A DNA stretch of 44,563 nucleotides from Escherichia phage vB-Eco-KMB14, in the sequence record OR424384.1. One strand, written 5' to 3'. Positions 16,972-25,237 of the stretch are shown here, piece after piece. The stretch's first letter is position 1. The number at the start of each line of letters is the position of its first letter. The position numbers were made by a program, and so were the translations under genes. The notes below the pieces were generated by a model. It made no database searches, had not been told where the DNA came from, and saw only the letters and a list, made by a program, of their open reading frames with translations.

Positions 16972-17971
16972 GCTTCGCAGCTTGTACAAAGACTCCGAGG
17001 TACTTGATGCAATCGAGCAAGCTACCGACGAGAAAGGTAATGTTAATTATAATGAGATGGCACGTGTATTATCGTGTCACCCTGTGGGTAAGAAGATTAC
17101 CCGCCAGTTGGCTCGATACTGGCATGGTCAATTCAAGAAGACCAAGAAGAATGGTGATTATTACCAGACCCTTCTGCAAGAAGATAAGCGTATCAAAGAA
17201 GAGCGTAAGCTCAGGACTCCTGACCGCTACGAGGATTTGGCTATTGTACCATTGCCTGACTCGCCTCATCGAAGTGTACTGGTAATCCCTGATACTCATG
17301 CACCTTATGAGCATCCAGATACCTTAGAGTTCCTTGCAGCAGTCGCGGCACGTTACCGTCCAGATACAGTGGTTCACTTAGGAGATGAGGCAGATAAACA
17401 CGCCCTCTCCTTCCATGACTCTGACCCTAATCTGGATAGTGCTGGCATGGAGCTAGAGAAGGCTCGTGTCTTCATGCACAAGTTGCACAAGATGTTCCCT
17501 GTGATGCGCCTGTGTCATTCTAATCACGGCTCTATGCACTTCCGTAAGGCAAGCGCCAAGGGTATTCCAGTGCAATATCTTCGCACCTACCGTGAAGTCT
17601 TTTTCCCAAATGGAGGTGGCGACCAGTGGGATTGGCAGCATACACATGTTCTTGAGTTGCCGAATGGTGAACAAGTGGCATTCAAGCATCAACCTGCTGG
17701 CTCTGTCCTAGCAGATGCAGCGCATGAGCGTATGAACCTTGTGTGTGGTCACTTGCACGGTAAGATGTCTGTGGAGTACGCACGTAATACACATGAACAG
17801 TATTGGGCTGTGCAAGGTGGCTGCTTAATTGATGAGTCATCCCGTGCATTTGCCTATGGGCGTGAGTCTAAATACAAGCCAGCATTAGGTTGTGTGGTTA
17901 TTCTGGAGGGTGTGCCTCATATTGTCCCGATGCAAACCAATAGCGACAACCGTTGGATTGGCAAGATTTAG
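16964..17971 (+). CDS. Calcineurin-like metallophosphoesterase (about 335 aa from a TTG start; the ATG at 17057 is an alternative)
   Basis: Motifs VIPDTHAP, HLGDEAD and GHLH. A perfect AGGAGG sits 6 nt before TTG 16964; the ORF-track start at 16832 lies deep inside the endonuclease VII gene. Confidence 0.65.
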   Translation: MGKLRSLYKDSEVLDAIEQATDEKGNVNYNEMARVLSCHPVGKKITRQLARYWHGQFKKTKKNGDYYQTLLQEDKRIKEERKLRTPDRYEDLAIVPLPDSPHRSVLVIPDTHAPYEHPDTLEFLAAVAARYRPDTVVHLGDEADKHALSFHDSDPNLDSAGMELEKARVFMHKLHKMFPVMRLCHSNHGSMHFRKASAKGIPVQYLRTYREVFFPNGGGDQWDWQHTHVLELPNGEQVAFKHQPAGSVLADAAHERMNLVCGHLHGKMSVEYARNTHEQYWAVQGGCLIDESSRAFAYGRESKYKPALGCVVILEGVPHIVPMQTNSDNRWIGKI

Positions 17972-17986
17972 TTGACACTATAGAAC
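17966..17986 (+). promoter_or_regulatory. Phage-RNAP promoter variant (ATTTAGTTGACACTATAGAAC)
   Basis: The closest copy to the canonical SP6 promoter ATTTAGGTGACACTATAGAAG. Confidence 0.5.
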
Positions 17987-18071
17987 AAAGGGCTAGGTAA
18001 GACTTTATCGGCTGGCGTATCCAAATGATATTGCACTAGCCCTTGATTGTATAGTGAATGGAGGATTCAAT

Positions 18072-18575
18072 ATGTCACACTATGAATGTAAGAAGTGTCA
18101 TAAGCGTTATGATTACTGTACTTGTGGTCAAGAGAAAACATCTTTTAAAGTTGGAGACAAGGTATTTCGTAATGAAAAAGATTCGATTCCTTGGAATCAA
18201 TACTGCAAAGAAGCTGGTATTGACCCTGATAGCCCTGTAACCATAGATGATATTGATGGCATTAACTTGTGCTTTCGTGAGGTGAGGGGTACAGGTTGGG
18301 ATTCCAAAAAATTCAAACTTGCATCTGATAAGTTAGACAACAATATGGTAACTCAGCCTAAGCACTACGAGTTCTTTGATGGCGTAGAAGCAATTACTAT
18401 CATCGCCCGTAGTATGACCGAGAAGCAATTCGCGGGGTATTGCATGGGTAATGCTTTGAAGTATCGTCTGCGTGCAGGTAAGAAGTTCAATACTGAAGAA
18501 GACCTGAAGAAAGCAGACTACTACAAAGAGTTATTCCAGAAGCATCGTCACGAATGTATTGATGAGGATATTTAA
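18072..18575 (+). CDS. Hypothetical protein with N-terminal zinc ribbon (CKKC...CTC), 167 aa
   Basis: ATG at 18072 follows RBS ggagg; the C-terminal region GYCMGNALKYRLRAGKK is a conserved phage-domain-like segment. Confidence 0.6.
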   Translation: MSHYECKKCHKRYDYCTCGQEKTSFKVGDKVFRNEKDSIPWNQYCKEAGIDPDSPVTIDDIDGINLCFREVRGTGWDSKKFKLASDKLDNNMVTQPKHYEFFDGVEAITIIARSMTEKQFAGYCMGNALKYRLRAGKKFNTEEDLKKADYYKELFQKHRHECIDEDI

Positions 18576-18576
18576 T

Positions 18577-18750
18577 ATGGAAGGTAAACTGTATAGAGGG
18601 TACTTCGGTAACTTATATAAAGTAAGCTCTCGCGGTTTTGTATTGACCTCTGATGATGAAGGTGCAATGTGGCACCTAAGTGCATATGGTTCTAACTTAG
18701 CACACTTTAAAGAGGCAATAGTCAAAGGTGTGATGAAGGAGGTGAAATGA
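18577..18750 (+). CDS. Small hypothetical protein (57 aa)
   Basis: ATG at 18577 follows gaggat. Confidence 0.45.
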   Translation: MEGKLYRGYFGNLYKVSSRGFVLTSDDEGAMWHLSAYGSNLAHFKEAIVKGVMKEVK

Positions 18751-19694
18751 ACATCTTCCAATTCCTAGGTCTTCCAGAAGACCACCGCAATCATCCATTC
18801 ATGCTGGTGAAGCATCGCGGTGAAGTTCCTGAGAAGAAACTTACTTTTCCATGTTATGCACAGGTGAAACGAGATGGAATATTCAGTGCTGTTGTGGTGC
18901 GCAATGATGGTGCTGTTGCCGTCTTTGGTCGTACTGGTAAGAAGCTCGCAAATGTTGAAGCCTTGGAAAAGACATTTAGTGTATTTCCTGTCGGGTTGTA
19001 TCTTGGTGAGTTGCAATCTATGGCTGTTGATGTTTATCTTGAAGCTCTGTCAGGAGTGGTAAACCCTAATCGTACAGAGCCACTTGACTTCATAGGCCAG
19101 CAGATTAAAGACAACCTGTATATCGACTTCTTCGATATGTTAACTATTAAGGCATTCCATGATGGATTCACTGATGTTTCTTATCTCAAACGTTACGATG
19201 CTTTACATCGTCGTATCGGCACTCATCTTAGCGGGTGCAACGCTATCCTTCCTATCACTCCTTGCCATAATGAGCGAGAAGTTGAAGCGTTTGCGCAAGA
19301 GCAAATAGATGCAGGACGTGAGGGTGCTGTATTCAAACTGGACTGCGATTATGAAGCAGGACACAAAGGTTATCGTCAGACTAAAGAAGTCCGTAAGGTA
19401 ACTTATGACCTTACTTGTATTGGCTTTGAAGAAGGTAAAGGTAAATACAAAGGTAAGGTAGCTAACCTCATTTTCAAGTGGAAAGGGGGCAAGACAATCA
19501 AAGCTATGCTCGGTAAAGGGTGGACTCATGCAGATGCAGAACAGATGTTCCACGATATTAAACATGGCGGACGGTTGAATGTCATTGGTAAAATCTTTGA
19601 AGTCAAAGGTCTTCAGGATTCAAGCAAGGGCAACATTCGTCTGCCCAAAGCGGGAGAATTAAGACATGACAAAGATGAACCAGATTTCTTTTGA
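18747..19694 (+). CDS. ATP-dependent DNA ligase (315 aa)
   Basis: KxDG adenylation motif (AQVKRDGIF); strong RBS aaggaggtg; start overlaps the upstream stop. Confidence 0.85.
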   Translation: MNIFQFLGLPEDHRNHPFMLVKHRGEVPEKKLTFPCYAQVKRDGIFSAVVVRNDGAVAVFGRTGKKLANVEALEKTFSVFPVGLYLGELQSMAVDVYLEALSGVVNPNRTEPLDFIGQQIKDNLYIDFFDMLTIKAFHDGFTDVSYLKRYDALHRRIGTHLSGCNAILPITPCHNEREVEAFAQEQIDAGREGAVFKLDCDYEAGHKGYRQTKEVRKVTYDLTCIGFEEGKGKYKGKVANLIFKWKGGKTIKAMLGKGWTHADAEQMFHDIKHGGRLNVIGKIFEVKGLQDSSKGNIRLPKAGELRHDKDEPDFF

Positions 19695-19881
19695 TAGCAT
19701 GAAGGCAACTCGTGCAGTTGAGGTAGCAGAAGCTATCTTTGAAACTTTATCATGTGGCATGGAAGTGCCATATACTTTACTTGCTGATGCAGAAGAACTT
19801 GGTCTTTCTGTAGAAGCTATCCAAGAGAAGGTTGACGAATTATATGGTACAGACGAAGAAGAAACCGACGATTTCATTTGA
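19666..19881 (+). CDS. Small acidic hypothetical protein (71 aa)
   Basis: RBS gggaga upstream of the ATG. Confidence 0.5.
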   Translation: MTKMNQISFDSMKATRAVEVAEAIFETLSCGMEVPYTLLADAEELGLSVEAIQEKVDELYGTDEEETDDFI

Positions 19882-19885
19882 AGGA

Positions 19886-20014
19886 ATGGAGATGCTTGAG
19901 ATGATTCTCAAGCCTTCTTCTCCGAAGGTGACTAAGACTCATGAAGAGTTAATCGTTGATGAAGTGAAGCGTTACATCATGGATTGTGTCAGAGCACAAC
20001 TGGTGGTCCAATGA
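19886..20014 (+). CDS. Small hypothetical protein (about 42 aa); start uncertain
   Basis: In-frame ATGs at 19886 and 19892 follow agga; its stop overlaps the next start (ATGA), suggesting translational coupling. Confidence 0.3.
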   Translation: MEMLEMILKPSSPKVTKTHEELIVDEVKRYIMDCVRAQLVVQ

Positions 20015-20472
20015 TACGTCCAGCTTCCTTCCTAGATATTCCTGAGATTATAAACCTTGGGAATAAATATGTGGAAGAGGAAGTCAAGGTAGTGGCCCAT
20101 CACTCAGCATCATGGAATGCAGAACAAAGCGCACATAACCTTTGCGCATCTCTTAGTAGAGAAGATTTATTCCTATGGGTTGCTGTAGATGAAGGGCGGA
20201 TTGTAGGGTTCCTGTGGGCTGGCTATCACGAGTTGGCCCCTTGGACACCTGTAAGGGTTGCCTCTGACATTCTCTTTTATATTATACCAGAGAAGCGAGG
20301 AACCCTACTTGGTATGCGTCTCATCAAAGCCCTAAAGCAATGGGCTAGTGATAATGAATGCTCTGAGGTTCGCCTGTCTATCGCCTCTGGTATTAATGAA
20401 GAACGTGTCGGACGTATGTATAAGCGACTTGGCTTTGAACCGTTTGGCACTGTGTACAACCTGAAGTTCTAA
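20011..20472 (+). CDS. GNAT-family N-acetyltransferase-like protein (153 aa)
   Basis: Layout and motifs (RIVGFLWAGY...PEKRGTLLGMRLIKAL) resemble the acetyl-CoA binding core of GNAT enzymes. Confidence 0.6.
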   Translation: MIRPASFLDIPEIINLGNKYVEEEVKVVAHHSASWNAEQSAHNLCASLSREDLFLWVAVDEGRIVGFLWAGYHELAPWTPVRVASDILFYIIPEKRGTLLGMRLIKALKQWASDNECSEVRLSIASGINEERVGRMYKRLGFEPFGTVYNLKF

Positions 20473-20481
20473 GGAGATAAC

Positions 20482-20691
20482 ATGGGTGTTGTAAAGAAAG
20501 CATTTAAGGCTATCGGTCTTGCTCAAGATGCACCACGTATTGAAGCCAAAGTCCCAGCACAGCAGCTTGAGCGTAAGCCTGAGACTGAAGCTGAAGATAT
20601 TCAAATTGGTGCAGGTGGTGATGATTCGACTGCATCTGCAAAAGGTAAGCGAGGCCTTGTCCGTCCGGTAGCTTCTAGCTTGAAGGTGTAA
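20482..20691 (+). CDS. Small hypothetical (possibly virion) protein, 69 aa
   Basis: RBS aaggag; lies directly upstream of the portal gene. Confidence 0.55.
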   Translation: MGVVKKAFKAIGLAQDAPRIEAKVPAQQLERKPETEAEDIQIGAGGDDSTASAKGKRGLVRPVASSLKV

Positions 20692-20692
20692 T

Positions 20693-22243
20693 ATGAAACA
20701 GAGCACAGATTTGGAGTATGGAGGTAAGCGGTCTAAGATACCTAAGCTATGGGAGAAGTTCTCCACTAAACGTAGCTCTTTCCTTGATAGGGCGAAGCAT
20801 TACTCCAAATTAACCTTGCCCTATCTGATGAATGACAAAGGTGATAACGAGACTTCGCAGAATGGATGGCAAGGTGTAGGTGCTCAGGCAACTAATCATC
20901 TAGCCAACAAGCTAGCGCAAGTACTATTCCCTGCACAGCGTTCCTTCTTCCGTGTAGACTTAACTGCACAAGGTGAGAAGGTTCTTAATCAGCGTGGCCT
21001 GAAGAAGACAGAGCTAGCTACCATCTTCGCTCAAGTGGAAACACGGGCAATGAAAGAGTTAGAGCAACGTCAATTCCGGCCTGCTGTAGTAGAAGCATTT
21101 AAGCATCTTATTGTTGCTGGCAGCTGTATGCTATACAAGCCGAGCAAAGGTGCAATCAGTGCTATCCCAATGCATCACTACGTAGTTAACCGTGATACCA
21201 ATGGCGACCTGTTAGACATTATCTTGCTACAAGAGAAAGCCTTACGTACCTTTGACCCAGCTACACGTGCTGTAGTAGAGGTTGGCCTGAAAGGTAAGAA
21301 GTGCAAGGAAGATGACAGCGTTAAGCTGTACACACATGCTAAGTATCTTGGTGATGGATTTTGGGAACTCAAGCAATCTGCTGATGATATCCCTGTGGGT
21401 AAGGTGAGTAAAATCAAATCAGAAAAGCTACCTTTCATCCCATTAACTTGGAAGCGAAGCTATGGTGAGGATTGGGGTCGCCCTCTTGCAGAGGATTACT
21501 CCGGTGATTTATTCGTTATCCAATTCTTATCTGAAGCGGTTGCCCGTGGTGCTGCGCTGATGGCAGATATCAAGTACCTGATTCGTCCGGGTGCTCAAAC
21601 TGATGTTGACCACTTTGTTAACTCTGGCACTGGTGAGGTTGTCACTGGTGTAGAAGAAGACATCCATATTGTACAGTTAGGTAAGTATGCAGACCTCACA
21701 CCTATTAGCGCGGTTCTAGAGGTATACACTCGCCGTATCGGTGTTGTCTTCATGATGGAGACAATGACACGCCGTGACGCCGAACGTGTTACTGCTGTAG
21801 AAATCCAGCGAGATGCGTTAGAGATTGAGCAGAACATGGGTGGTGTATACTCCCTCTTTGCTACTACTATGCAATCGCCAGTAGCGATGTGGGGTCTGCT
21901 GGAGGCAGGGGAGTCCTTCACTAGTGACCTAGTGGACCCTGTGATTATCACAGGTATTGAAGCTTTAGGACGCATGGCTGAGTTGGATAAACTGGCTAAC
22001 TTTGCTCAGTATATGTCACTGCCATTACAATGGCCTGAGCCTGTCCTAGCTGCTGTGAAATGGCCTGACTATATGGATTGGGTGCGTGGTCAAATCTCTG
22101 CGGAACTGCCGTTCCTTAAATCAGCTGAAGAGATGGCACAAGAACAGGAAGCACAGATGCAAGCACAGCAAGCACAGATGCTTGAAGAAGGTGTGGCTAA
22201 GGCCGTGCCGGGTGTAATTCAACAAGAACTTAAGGAGGCGTAA
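20693..22243 (+). CDS. Portal (head-tail connector) protein, 516 aa
   Basis: Size and position as for T7 gp8; first gene of the structural block. Confidence 0.85.
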   Translation: MKQSTDLEYGGKRSKIPKLWEKFSTKRSSFLDRAKHYSKLTLPYLMNDKGDNETSQNGWQGVGAQATNHLANKLAQVLFPAQRSFFRVDLTAQGEKVLNQRGLKKTELATIFAQVETRAMKELEQRQFRPAVVEAFKHLIVAGSCMLYKPSKGAISAIPMHHYVVNRDTNGDLLDIILLQEKALRTFDPATRAVVEVGLKGKKCKEDDSVKLYTHAKYLGDGFWELKQSADDIPVGKVSKIKSEKLPFIPLTWKRSYGEDWGRPLAEDYSGDLFVIQFLSEAVARGAALMADIKYLIRPGAQTDVDHFVNSGTGEVVTGVEEDIHIVQLGKYADLTPISAVLEVYTRRIGVVFMMETMTRRDAERVTAVEIQRDALEIEQNMGGVYSLFATTMQSPVAMWGLLEAGESFTSDLVDPVIITGIEALGRMAELDKLANFAQYMSLPLQWPEPVLAAVKWPDYMDWVRGQISAELPFLKSAEEMAQEQEAQMQAQQAQMLEEGVAKAVPGVIQQELKEA

Positions 22244-23163
22244 TGTCTTTCTCATTTACTGAACCGTCAACCACTCACCCTACTGCTGAAGAGGGTCCGG
22301 TAGAAACCAAGGAGGTAACAACTGATGCTGCTACTACTGATGCTACTGCTGACGCTGGCACTGCTGTACAAGATGACAATGCTGGTGCACAACCTACTGA
22401 AGACACCGGAGGAGAAGCTTCTGGACAGCCTTCAGAAAAAGGAGACAATGGCGGAGAGAATGGTGAATCTAAGCCAGATGATACCGCGACCGACACTGAG
22501 GAAGTGCAATACTTCTTCGGAGAACATGAAGTAACAATAGACATCCCACAGGATGTAACTGACAGCCTTAAAGAGAAAGGCATTGATGCCAAGCAGGTTG
22601 CCAAGGAACTCTATTCCAAAGGTGGCAAGTTTGAACTGTCAGATGCAACCAAGCAGAAATTGTATGATGCTTTTGGCAAGTTTGCGGTAGATGCTTACCT
22701 GTCAGGTCTTAAGGCTCAAAATGAAGCCTTCTTCCTGAAAGAAGCCAACGCAGCTAAAGAGCGGGAAGCAGCTAACACTCAGCGCTTCTCTGATATCTCT
22801 AAGGAAGTTGGTGGTGAAGAAGGGTGGTCACGTCTTGAGGCGTGGGCGCTTGAAACGCTATCCGATGACGAACTCACGGCATTCAATGCGGTGATGGAGT
22901 CTGGCAACCAGTACCTCCAGCAGTACGCTGTGCGTGAACTGGAGAGCCGCCGTAAGGCTGCACAGGGTGATGACAAACCAAACCTGATTGAACCCTCTGC
23001 ACCTGCTGCTGCATCTGAAGATAATGGCCCACTCTCTCGTGAGCAGTACCTGCGTGAGATGATGACTCTTAGCTCTCGCTTCGGTACAGACAAGAAAGCT
23101 GCTGCTGAGTATCAGGCTAAACTGGATGCTCGCCGTCGTGCTGGTATGGCTCGCGGTCTGTAA
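22243..23163 (+). CDS. Capsid assembly scaffolding protein (306 aa)
   Basis: Acidic, Ala/Glu-rich protein between portal and major capsid genes; RBS aaggagg. Confidence 0.8.
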   Translation: MSFSFTEPSTTHPTAEEGPVETKEVTTDAATTDATADAGTAVQDDNAGAQPTEDTGGEASGQPSEKGDNGGENGESKPDDTATDTEEVQYFFGEHEVTIDIPQDVTDSLKEKGIDAKQVAKELYSKGGKFELSDATKQKLYDAFGKFAVDAYLSGLKAQNEAFFLKEANAAKEREAANTQRFSDISKEVGGEEGWSRLEAWALETLSDDELTAFNAVMESGNQYLQQYAVRELESRRKAAQGDDKPNLIEPSAPAAASEDNGPLSREQYLREMMTLSSRFGTDKKAAAEYQAKLDARRRAGMARGL

Positions 23164-23168
23164 TCAGT

Positions 23169-23189
23169 ATTTACTGGACACTATAGAAG
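23169..23189 (+). promoter_or_regulatory. Phage-RNAP promoter upstream of the major capsid gene
   Basis: Exact consensus, followed by a 5' leader hairpin (gggaga-aatg-tctccc) and RBS aaggagg. Confidence 0.75.
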
Positions 23190-23239
23190 GGAGAAATGTC
23201 TCCCTAAATTATCAATTTGATTTATAAGGAGGTTTATTA

Positions 23240-24445
23240 ATGAGCACCCCGAATAACCTGACCAACGTTGCAGTCTCTGCTTCCGGCGAGGTAGACAGCC
23301 TTCTCATTGAGAAATTCAATGGCAAGGTAAATGAGCAGTACCTGAAAGGTGAGAACATCATGTCCTACTTTGATGTTCAGACTGTTACTGGTACTAACAC
23401 TGTAAGCAACAAATATTTGGGTGAAACAGAGTTGCAGGTTCTGGCACCGGGCCAGTCTCCGGCTGCAACCTCTACTCAGGCAGATAAAAACCAGCTGGTA
23501 ATTGATGCCACTGTTATTGCTCGTAACACTGTTGCTCACCTGCACGACGTACAGGGTGACATTGATAGCCTGAAGCCGAAGCTGGCTACTAACCAAGCGA
23601 AGCAGTTGAAGAAGATGGAAGATGAAATGCTGATTCAGCAGATGCTGCTGGGCGGTATTGCCAACACTCAGGCTAAGCGCACAAACCCTCGTGTGAAAGG
23701 CCATGGCTTCTCTGTCAACGTAGAGGTCAATGAAGGGGAAGCGATGGTCAACCCGCAGTATGTAATGGCGGCTGTAGAGTTTGCTCTGGAGCAGCAGCTT
23801 GAGCAGGAAGTTGATATCTCTGATGTAGCTATTCTGATGCCATGGCGTTACTTCAACGTACTGCGTGACGCAGACCGTATCGTTGACAAGAGCTACACCA
23901 TTAGCCAGTCTGGTGCAACCATTCAGGGTTTTGTTCTGTCTTCTTACAACTGCCCTGTTATCCCGTCTAACCGCTTCCCTAAATTCTCTGCTGGTCAGAA
24001 ACATCACCTGCTGTCAAATGAAGACAACGGTTATCGTTATGACCCAACTGCAGAAATGAATGGCGCTATCGCTGTACTGTTCACTGCTGATGCGCTGCTG
24101 GTTGGTCGTTCTATTGATGTTACTGGCGATATCTTCTATGAGAAGAAAGAGAAGACCTACTACATTGATACTTTCATGTCTGAAGGTGCAATCCCTGATC
24201 GTTGGGAAGCAGTGTCTGTTGTGACAACTAAGCGTAACTCATCTACTGGTGATGCTGAGGTTACTGGTGGAGCACAGCACACTCAAGTTCTTAACCGTGC
24301 ACAGCGCAAAGCTGTATACGTCAAGAATGCTGCTCCGGCAGGTGCTGCCGCTGCTGCTAGTCTGTCTGCTGAAGACTTAGTTGCTGCTGTCCGTGCTGTC
24401 ATGGCAAATGACATTAAGCCGACTGCAATGAAACCTGCTGAGTAA
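23240..24445 (+). CDS. Major capsid protein (401 aa)
   Basis: Position after the scaffold gene; own strong promoter and RBS; downstream terminator. Confidence 0.9.
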   Translation: MSTPNNLTNVAVSASGEVDSLLIEKFNGKVNEQYLKGENIMSYFDVQTVTGTNTVSNKYLGETELQVLAPGQSPAATSTQADKNQLVIDATVIARNTVAHLHDVQGDIDSLKPKLATNQAKQLKKMEDEMLIQQMLLGGIANTQAKRTNPRVKGHGFSVNVEVNEGEAMVNPQYVMAAVEFALEQQLEQEVDISDVAILMPWRYFNVLRDADRIVDKSYTISQSGATIQGFVLSSYNCPVIPSNRFPKFSAGQKHHLLSNEDNGYRYDPTAEMNGAIAVLFTADALLVGRSIDVTGDIFYEKKEKTYYIDTFMSEGAIPDRWEAVSVVTTKRNSSTGDAEVTGGAQHTQVLNRAQRKAVYVKNAAPAGAAAAASLSAEDLVAAVRAVMANDIKPTAMKPAE

Positions 24446-24453
24446 TACCTATG

Positions 24454-24486
24454 CCCTATCTACCTTGCGTAGGTAGGGTTCTTTTT
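24454..24486 (+). terminator. Rho-independent terminator after the major capsid gene (T7 Tphi-like position)
   Basis: ccctatctac-cttgc-gtaggtaggg, then ttcttttt. Confidence 0.6.
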
Positions 24487-24499
24487 GTTAGGAGGATTC

Positions 24500-25237
24500 A
24501 TGCCTGTAATTAAACAAACCAGTAAAGTAGGACACATGATGGAAGATGTGGCCTTCCAGATTATTGATAGCAAGCTTGAAGCGGTCAACTTGTGTATGCG
24601 AGCTATTGGTCGTGAGGGTGTGGATTCTCTCGACTCAGGCGATCTTGATGCAGAAGATGCAAGTAAGATGATTGATATTGTATCCCAGCGCTTCCAGTAT
24701 AACAAAGGCGGTGGCTGGTGGTTCAATCGTGAACCTAACTGGCAGCTTGCACCAAACACGAACGGTGAGATTAACTTGCCTAATAACTGCCTAGCTGTAT
24801 TGCAGTGCTACGCATTGGGTGAGAAGAAAGTGCCTATGACTATGCGTGCAGGTAAGCTCTACTCTACTTGGAGTCACACCTTTGATATGCGTAAGCATGT
24901 TAATGCTAATGGTATGATTCGTCTTACCTTACTCACCTTACTACCCTACGAGCATTTACCTACAAGTGTAATGCAGGCTATTGCCTATCAAGCTGCTGTA
25001 GAGTTTATTGTGTCTAAGGATGCAGATCAGACTAAGCTAGCCACTGCGCAGCAGATAGCCACTCAGCTTCTTATGGATGTACAATCTGAGCAAATGTCAC
25101 AGAAGCGATTAAACATGCTGGTACATAACCCCACTCAGCGTCAGTTTGGTATCATGGCTGGTGGCTCTCAGAATGTGCCTGCTTACTCTCATTCACCTTA
25201 TGAGAGTTGGGCGCTCCGTCCGTGGGAGGATCGTTAA
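24500..25237 (+). CDS. Tail tubular protein A (gp11-like), 245 aa
   Basis: ATG at 24500 follows RBS aggagg; GGGWWFN resembles the T7 gp11 GWTFN region. The ORF-track start at 24485 is not ATG. Confidence 0.75.
   Translation: MPVIKQTSKVGHMMEDVAFQIIDSKLEAVNLCMRAIGREGVDSLDSGDLDAEDASKMIDIVSQRFQYNKGGGWWFNREPNWQLAPNTNGEINLPNNCLAVLQCYALGEKKVPMTMRAGKLYSTWSHTFDMRKHVNANGMIRLTLLTLLPYEHLPTSVMQAIAYQAAVEFIVSKDADQTKLATAQQIATQLLMDVQSEQMSQKRLNMLVHNPTQRQFGIMAGGSQNVPAYSHSPYESWALRPWEDR

Noticed and set aside
24485-24499. N-terminal extensions in the ORF track (for example 24485, 25207, 27600, 38723, 9877, 18054, 15539, 2177)
   Set aside because: These begin at non-ATG codons upstream of an ATG that has a well-spaced Shine-Dalgarno, so the shorter ATG-initiated forms are annotated. 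The extensions often overlap the preceding gene.
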